A stretch of DNA of 64,000 nucleotides from Thermoplasmatota archaeon. Lineage in GTDB: Archaea > Thermoplasmatota > Poseidoniia > Poseidoniales > Thalassarchaeaceae. Where the stretch lies: positions 667-64,666 of the forward strand of contig JAZANL010000025.1 of NCBI GenBank assembly GCA_036251765.1. The letters are read 5' to 3'. The notes under the pieces are model-generated. The model was not told the origin of the DNA. It did no database searches and saw nothing but the letters and a program-made list of their open reading frames with translations. This document shows, in pieces, positions 59,266 to 64,000 of this stretch. Position 1 is the first letter of the stretch; the number at the start of each line of letters is the position of its first letter. Position numbers and translations under genes: made by a program.

Positions 59266-59421
59266 TCACCTCTGTAACTTCGAACGACGCCACATATGCC
59301 TCTTGGGATGAGAATTGGTCTTCCTGTTAGTTCGCATAACAACCCACACTGGAACCCTCTTGTTCTGCTTAGTGACCTTATTCAGGCGCTTCTTCTTTGC
59401 AAAGGGTTTGTTTCGTGCCAT
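59266..59421 (-). CDS. rpl39e: 50S ribosomal protein L39e, not in ORF track
   Basis: [51 protein letters not shown]. Confidence 0.96.
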   Translation of the reverse strand: MARNKPFAKKKRLNKVTKQNKRVPVWVVMRTNRKTNSHPKRHMWRRSKLQR

Positions 59422-59429
59422 AGATATCA

Positions 59430-59900
59430 CTAGTACCTCTCCAAACCAGGATACCTTTCCTCCGCAGCACCACGAACCGAATGTGCTACCTCGTCTAGGA
59501 GCGCTTGCCCTACAGGACTTACGACTCGACCTCGATTAACGGTCCCTGCTGAATTCATCGAATTCTCAATAAGTCCCGAGTCGGATAGTTGTTGCAGAAT
59601 TTTCCGGGAAACATTCCTCGAACCGGAAACAGCCTTGTTTCTTTTCACGCCTCTATTCTTGGCTCCGCCAAACTCATGAGAAATACGATTTGTGCCTATA
59701 GGCCCTTTAATCGCCACTTTCCTGAGAATAGAGGCAGCCCTTGTATGCCACCAGTCATCTTGAACTGGGGGCCTTTCACGATGAGTACCGGTTTTGACCT
59801 GAGAGGCCCACTCGGGTGCAACTATCTTCTCGAAAGTAGTCATTTTTTCCGCCAGACCAGTAATCAGAAGATCCGCAGGAACGTCGTAGTATGTCGTCAT
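59430..59900 (-). CDS. rps19e: 30S ribosomal protein S19e
   Basis: [38 protein letters not shown]. Confidence 0.96.
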   Translation of the reverse strand: MTTYYDVPADLLITGLAEKMTTFEKIVAPEWASQVKTGTHRERPPVQDDWWHTRAASILRKVAIKGPIGTNRISHEFGGAKNRGVKRNKAVSGSRNVSRKILQQLSDSGLIENSMNSAGTVNRGRVVSPVGQALLDEVAHSVRGAAEERYPGLERY

Positions 59901-60056
59901 GGCTTCACCGTCCGTCCGGGCCGTCCAACAGACCATATTTAACCGTGATGACCTGTTTTTCCAAATGCGCCTGTGTGAAATGCGTCTCGACAAGGATTCA
60001 AAAAATACTTGGCATGTCGAAAAAGCGTGAAGAGATCGCTCTCTAAGAATCCGAAC

Positions 60057-60827
60057 ATGTTGCGAACCATGGTCGGAACAGGCTTGACATTGATTATTCT
60101 GCTATCATATGCTGTTTATTCTAACACAGTAGATTCTGAGTACTACTCTTACACAACAACTAACGAACACAATGTGATGGATATTTCAGCAGAGGTAGAG
60201 GGAGAGGCGAGTTGGTATTACACGACATACTCTGCAATTACCTGGGTAAATTTTACTGTTGAAAACGCTGCACCTGGATCTACTCTGACAGTAGAGTCGG
60301 AGGGCACAAATTGGTCTCATTCACCAAGCCTAGGGCTGCAGGAACAGAGCTACATTTGCAATGAGCCTAACTCAGATTACTCAAAATATCTGGAAACTTG
60401 CGATTACAGTAGGACGCACTCGATTGTTCTGGAGAATGGCACCGGAACACTGCGCGGCAGAGTATCGCTAGATCTGCCAATAAAAGGAAAGGGCTACCTT
60501 GAAAGTGATAGTGCCCTTAATGCAGAGAAAGAAGCAAACGAATTGGTTCAATCCGCAAAAAGGACCATCACTTGGAAGATTAAGATTGAAGAGGATAGTC
60601 AAATAGCGTCCAGCGACGGGATTTTAGTACATTCGGAATTCTCTTCTCACGAGCTTTTGGAATTGGAGAAATTCAAGCTTAACCCTGTCGAAGAGACCGT
60701 ATACAGCTTTTCTGCCTTGGTGGGTTGCTTCTTCTTGGTCCTAGTGATCCCCCTAATGATTTTCTTCTCCGCTAGGTATAGGGAAAATAGGAACGAGGAG
60801 ATGAGAGCCGCAGTCGAGGAAACATAA
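60057..60827 (+). CDS. Membrane protein with N- and C-terminal anchors and exterior domain
   Basis: Two TMs flanking a beta-rich domain with a Cys pair. Confidence 0.72.
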   Translation: MLRTMVGTGLTLIILLSYAVYSNTVDSEYYSYTTTNEHNVMDISAEVEGEASWYYTTYSAITWVNFTVENAAPGSTLTVESEGTNWSHSPSLGLQEQSYICNEPNSDYSKYLETCDYSRTHSIVLENGTGTLRGRVSLDLPIKGKGYLESDSALNAEKEANELVQSAKRTITWKIKIEEDSQIASSDGILVHSEFSSHELLELEKFKLNPVEETVYSFSALVGCFFLVLVIPLMIFFSARYRENRNEEMRAAVEET

Positions 60828-60834
60828 CTCAAGG

Positions 60835-61173
60835 CTACTCTTCTTCATTTCGTGATGGATTTAATTTAACTAAACCTAAATGTACGAATTCAGCAATAGC
60901 GCGATTCACTCTTTCTGATGCAGGTGCTATCTTCTCAGCAAAAGCCAAATCCATTTCCGACACAATCTGGTTTACAGACATCTTTCCATCCATCAAAATC
61001 CATAGTTTACTATTCATTACATCTAGTGGCCTTCTAACCGACTTTGGAGCCCCTAGAAAATTAGCAATCTTTTCTTCAAAATAGCCTAGATCTTTGTTTA
61101 CAATAATCACAATTTCTCCGGGGGCTAGATGTTCCCACTCTACTTCTGTTCTAGTTGGGAATATGTCTGCCAA
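60835..61173 (-). CDS. PqqD-family (RRE-like) protein
   Basis: LDVMNSKLWILMDGKMSVNQIV..F..ERV..FVHLGLV winged-helix pattern. Confidence 0.65.
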   Translation of the reverse strand: MADIFPTRTEVEWEHLAPGEIVIIVNKDLGYFEEKIANFLGAPKSVRRPLDVMNSKLWILMDGKMSVNQIVSEMDLAFAEKIAPASERVNRAIAEFVHLGLVKLNPSRNEEE

Positions 61174-61174
61174 T

Positions 61175-61741
61175 CTATCTCCTCAGTTTAATTGTATTTT
61201 CAACAATTGAGGAAGCCATTGCCTTGACTCTTTGTTCTAGATCTTCATTGACAAGGGAGCCATCATCGTCGAAAGCCTCCTTGATATTTGGAATGGCAAC
61301 CTGTTCGGGTATTACCCAGCCATGAATCCACCTTGCAGCTATCCTCATGTGATTTAGCGTGTTGTTACTAGTCTGTCCACCAAGTGTACAAATTAGACCG
61401 AAAACCTTGCCCGATGTGTGTTTCGAATATAACCAATCTAGACTATTCTTCATTACTCCGCTCATAGTGCCATGGTATTCCGGACTAGAGAGGACAAATG
61501 CATCGGCAGAAACTGCCATTTCCTGGAATCCCTTCACATGTTCGTCATCCCAGCAACCCTCTGCACCAACCAGTGGCAGGGGCTTTGCGCCATGATCCCA
61601 TACCACTGTCTCCGCGCCCATTTCTCTGCACTCCTCTAGAATAATCTCTAACATTCTACCGTTTGCTGAATCAAGTTCGTAGGACCCGCAGATCCCCATC
61701 ACAACTATTGGGTCACTCACATCACCCACACTAGACATCAT
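61175..61741 (-). CDS. NADPH-dependent FMN reductase
   Basis: GICGS, SPEYHGTMSGVMKNSLDW. Confidence 0.9.
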   Translation of the reverse strand: MMSSVGDVSDPIVVMGICGSYELDSANGRMLEIILEECREMGAETVVWDHGAKPLPLVGAEGCWDDEHVKGFQEMAVSADAFVLSSPEYHGTMSGVMKNSLDWLYSKHTSGKVFGLICTLGGQTSNNTLNHMRIAARWIHGWVIPEQVAIPNIKEAFDDDGSLVNEDLEQRVKAMASSIVENTIKLRR

Positions 61742-61834
61742 GTCTTCAATTGTCGGTTCATTTCATAGATTTATATTCCAGAAAACATATTTTGTTGTGC
61801 GAATACTTATTGAACACGGTTTTTCCGAAAGTCT

Positions 61835-63007
61835 GTGGGAACTAGTTTAGACGAGGTAATGGAAATAGCAGATAGTCATGCTAATTCCGGAAATGATGCC
61901 GAGGCAATTCAGGCATACATGGAAGCCCTAGAAATAGACCCGGAAAATGCAACTGCATGGTACTGCCTTGGAGTTCTATATTCAAGGACTAACTCATTAG
62001 ATAAAGCGGTCGAATCATTCCAAAAATCGAACAAGATTTTTCCGAACCACCCTCCGACCCTAGCTAATATAGCATACCTAATTTCGAAAAGCGATGCATC
62101 TGAAAACTCTGAAAATGAGGACACTCATCCACCTTCCATCGCAGAAGAGAGTAATCTGAATTCTTTGTCTGGCGATGGAGAGATCACAGTAGAACGTGTT
62201 TTCGTAGAAGCTAGGCAAATAGAGGATTTAGATTCTGAAAATGATAGTTCTCAGGAAGCTAATTACTCAACTACTCCAGGCGGCTTTGAAGAAGCAAAAA
62301 CTCTGACCAATTCTGGTGATCATTCTGGCGCCGTAGCACTATGGAAGGGTCTACTCGAGGAGTCCCCCAATTCTCCAGAAGTATGGCGTGGTCTTGGGGA
62401 GGCATTACGTTCCGCTGGCTATGATGATAGAGCAGAACAGTGTTTCAGAAGGGCAGATGCCATCGAATACGAGGCCCCAACCGTAGTTGATATTGTTGAA
62501 AAACATGAGCAAGAGCAAGATGATGCTCTAATTTTAGCAGTTGAAGAAGCCAAGGTCACAACATCAGAAACACCTTCACGAGGCGATCTTGACGATGCAG
62601 TCGGTTGGTATAATATGGGAATCAATTTACTTGGTGAGGGTAAAAACGACGAGGCTTTGTCAAGTTTTGAGAAGGCAATTGGAGGTTGCCCACCATCTGA
62701 GATAGAGCTGAAGGTCAAGGCACAGAATGGCAGGGGTAATGCATTATACAATTCTGGAAGGTTTTCTGAAAGTGTCGTTGCATATCATACAGCCATAGGG
62801 ATGGATCCCCACAGTGTTTCTGGTCGAACCTTATTCAATATGGGCTCTTCATATGCTGCTGTGGAGATGTTCGATGACGCCATCAAATGCTTCACCCAGG
62901 CACTTGAAAGGGGATTGGACAAGGAAGAGGCCGAATTATGTGAAAAGCAGATTAGTCGATGCCGGCTACTTTCGCGTGAACAAGCTAAACGACAGGCTAG
63001 GTCCTAA
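61835..63007 (+). CDS. TPR-repeat protein
   Basis: Repeated AWYCLG, VWRGLG, WYNMG, LFNMG TPR units with acidic linkers. Confidence 0.88.
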   Translation: MGTSLDEVMEIADSHANSGNDAEAIQAYMEALEIDPENATAWYCLGVLYSRTNSLDKAVESFQKSNKIFPNHPPTLANIAYLISKSDASENSENEDTHPPSIAEESNLNSLSGDGEITVERVFVEARQIEDLDSENDSSQEANYSTTPGGFEEAKTLTNSGDHSGAVALWKGLLEESPNSPEVWRGLGEALRSAGYDDRAEQCFRRADAIEYEAPTVVDIVEKHEQEQDDALILAVEEAKVTTSETPSRGDLDDAVGWYNMGINLLGEGKNDEALSSFEKAIGGCPPSEIELKVKAQNGRGNALYNSGRFSESVVAYHTAIGMDPHSVSGRTLFNMGSSYAAVEMFDDAIKCFTQALERGLDKEEAELCEKQISRCRLLSREQAKRQARS

Positions 63008-64000
63008 TTCATTGGTTCAATAGTCACTATTACCGACTTGCTTGTTGGGGTATTGCTGCCATCAGCTACACTTTCAAGGGGTATTAGCACATTTGACTCT
63101 GGGAAATATGTAGCCACGTTACCATAGGGTATATCGTATTCTATAATCTTCCAGCCATTCGAGGAAATCTCATTTCCATCGAAGTGTGACGTTATTGTAA
63201 CCTCTTGGAACTCCTGCCATCCATTTGCTTCAATATCCAAATGACTCATCAGAACCACTCTCCTAGCATTTGAAATTCCTCTGTATCGGTCATTATTGCT
63301 GTAGATTGTAGTATTATACTGATCATGCGATCTTATAGTCATCATAACAAATTCACGCTCATTAGTCATAATAGGCTGCAATTCATTGGTAATGATGTTC
63401 GCAAAGCCGGATTCTGTGTTGAAAATACGATCGTCCCTAGGGGGGTTTGGCAGGTAGAAACCACCATCTTCCCTACATCTTTCATTGTATGAGTCAAATC
63501 CACTAACGGTTCTCTCTATGCAATCTCTAATTAGGTCATAATCAGAAACCAGGTCATTCCACGGAATGCCTGATTCTCCAATCTCTTCCTCTATTGCGAT
63601 AGCAAGTCTTGCTACAACTGCACACTCCGAAATAAGCTCAGAGCTAGCAGGCTTCCTTTTTCCTATCGATCTGTGGACAACTCCCATTGAATTCTCAACT
63701 GTCACGAACTGCCTCTTTCCACCAGTTTTGTCCAATTCGGTCCTACCCAGACAAGGGAGAATTATTCCAGTCTTTCCTGTTACTAGATGGGATCGATTTG
63801 GCTTAGTCGAAATCTGAACAGTCAAACTACAGTTTTTCAATGCTCGAGCCGTAGCTTGTGTATCTGACATAGCTGAAAGGAAGTTACCTCCCATAGAAAC
63901 GAAAACTCGTGCATCGCCACGGGTCATTTTCTTCACGGACTCGACAGAATCTACGCCGCCTTTCCGTGGCATATCAATTCCAAATTCAGTACTCAATGAA
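63004..64000 (-). CDS. FdhF/YdeP-family molybdopterin oxidoreductase, 5'-truncated by window edge
   Basis: MGGNF, STKPNRSH, LPCLGRTE, TVENSM, TIRSHDQYNTTIY, SNTPTSKS. Confidence 0.9.
   Translation of the reverse strand, partial: SLSTEFGIDMPRKGGVDSVESVKKMTRGDARVFVSMGGNFLSAMSDTQATARALKNCSLTVQISTKPNRSHLVTGKTGIILPCLGRTELDKTGGKRQFVTVENSMGVVHRSIGKRKPASSELISECAVVARLAIAIEEEIGESGIPWNDLVSDYDLIRDCIERTVSGFDSYNERCREDGGFYLPNPPRDDRIFNTESGFANIITNELQPIMTNEREFVMMTIRSHDQYNTTIYSNNDRYRGISNARRVVLMSHLDIEANGWQEFQEVTITSHFDGNEISSNGWKIIEYDIPYGNVATYFPESNVLIPLESVADGSNTPTSKSVIVTIEPMN

Noticed and set aside
1..64000. CRISPR arrays, IS elements, rRNA, selenoprotein read-through
   Set aside because: No regularly spaced repeats, transposase motifs, rRNA-like tracts or in-frame TGA-interrupted genes found by eye

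Overview
Archaeal chromosomal segment, about 75 features. The unsplit RpoB, split RpoA'/A'', archaeal ribosomal proteins, many bacterial-type catabolic genes and SAP-fused eS1 fit Thermoplasmatota, most likely Marine Group II (Ca. Poseidoniales); this is inferred from gene content only. Contents: propionyl-/methylmalonyl-CoA genes in two clusters, the RNA polymerase operon, four COG1340-like coiled-coil genes, a folate-dependent histidine degradation (hut) cluster, a preQ0 operon, translation and RNA-modification genes, and tRNA-Lys(UUU) and tRNA-Val(GAC). No CRISPR, transposase, integrase or prophage was seen. The main candidate for an undescribed system is a minus-strand operon (13025 to 6297) encoding a b6f-like Rieske/cytochrome b complex. 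Its subunit IV is fused to a predicted cytoplasmic 2x[4Fe-4S] + 2xCCG (heterodisulfide-reductase-like) module. It is co-encoded with a ferredoxin and a CxCH surface protein, and no cytochrome c1/f is present. Other highlights: a paralogous N-terminal domain shared by RNAP subunits Rpo5 and RpoA''; a Cys4 insert in RpoA'; a shared basic C-terminal motif on coiled-coil proteins and MBF1; and four small genes missed by the ORF track, including an RHH regulator with a helically phased operator candidate heading the que operon. All calls come from motif recognition by eye; no searches were run.
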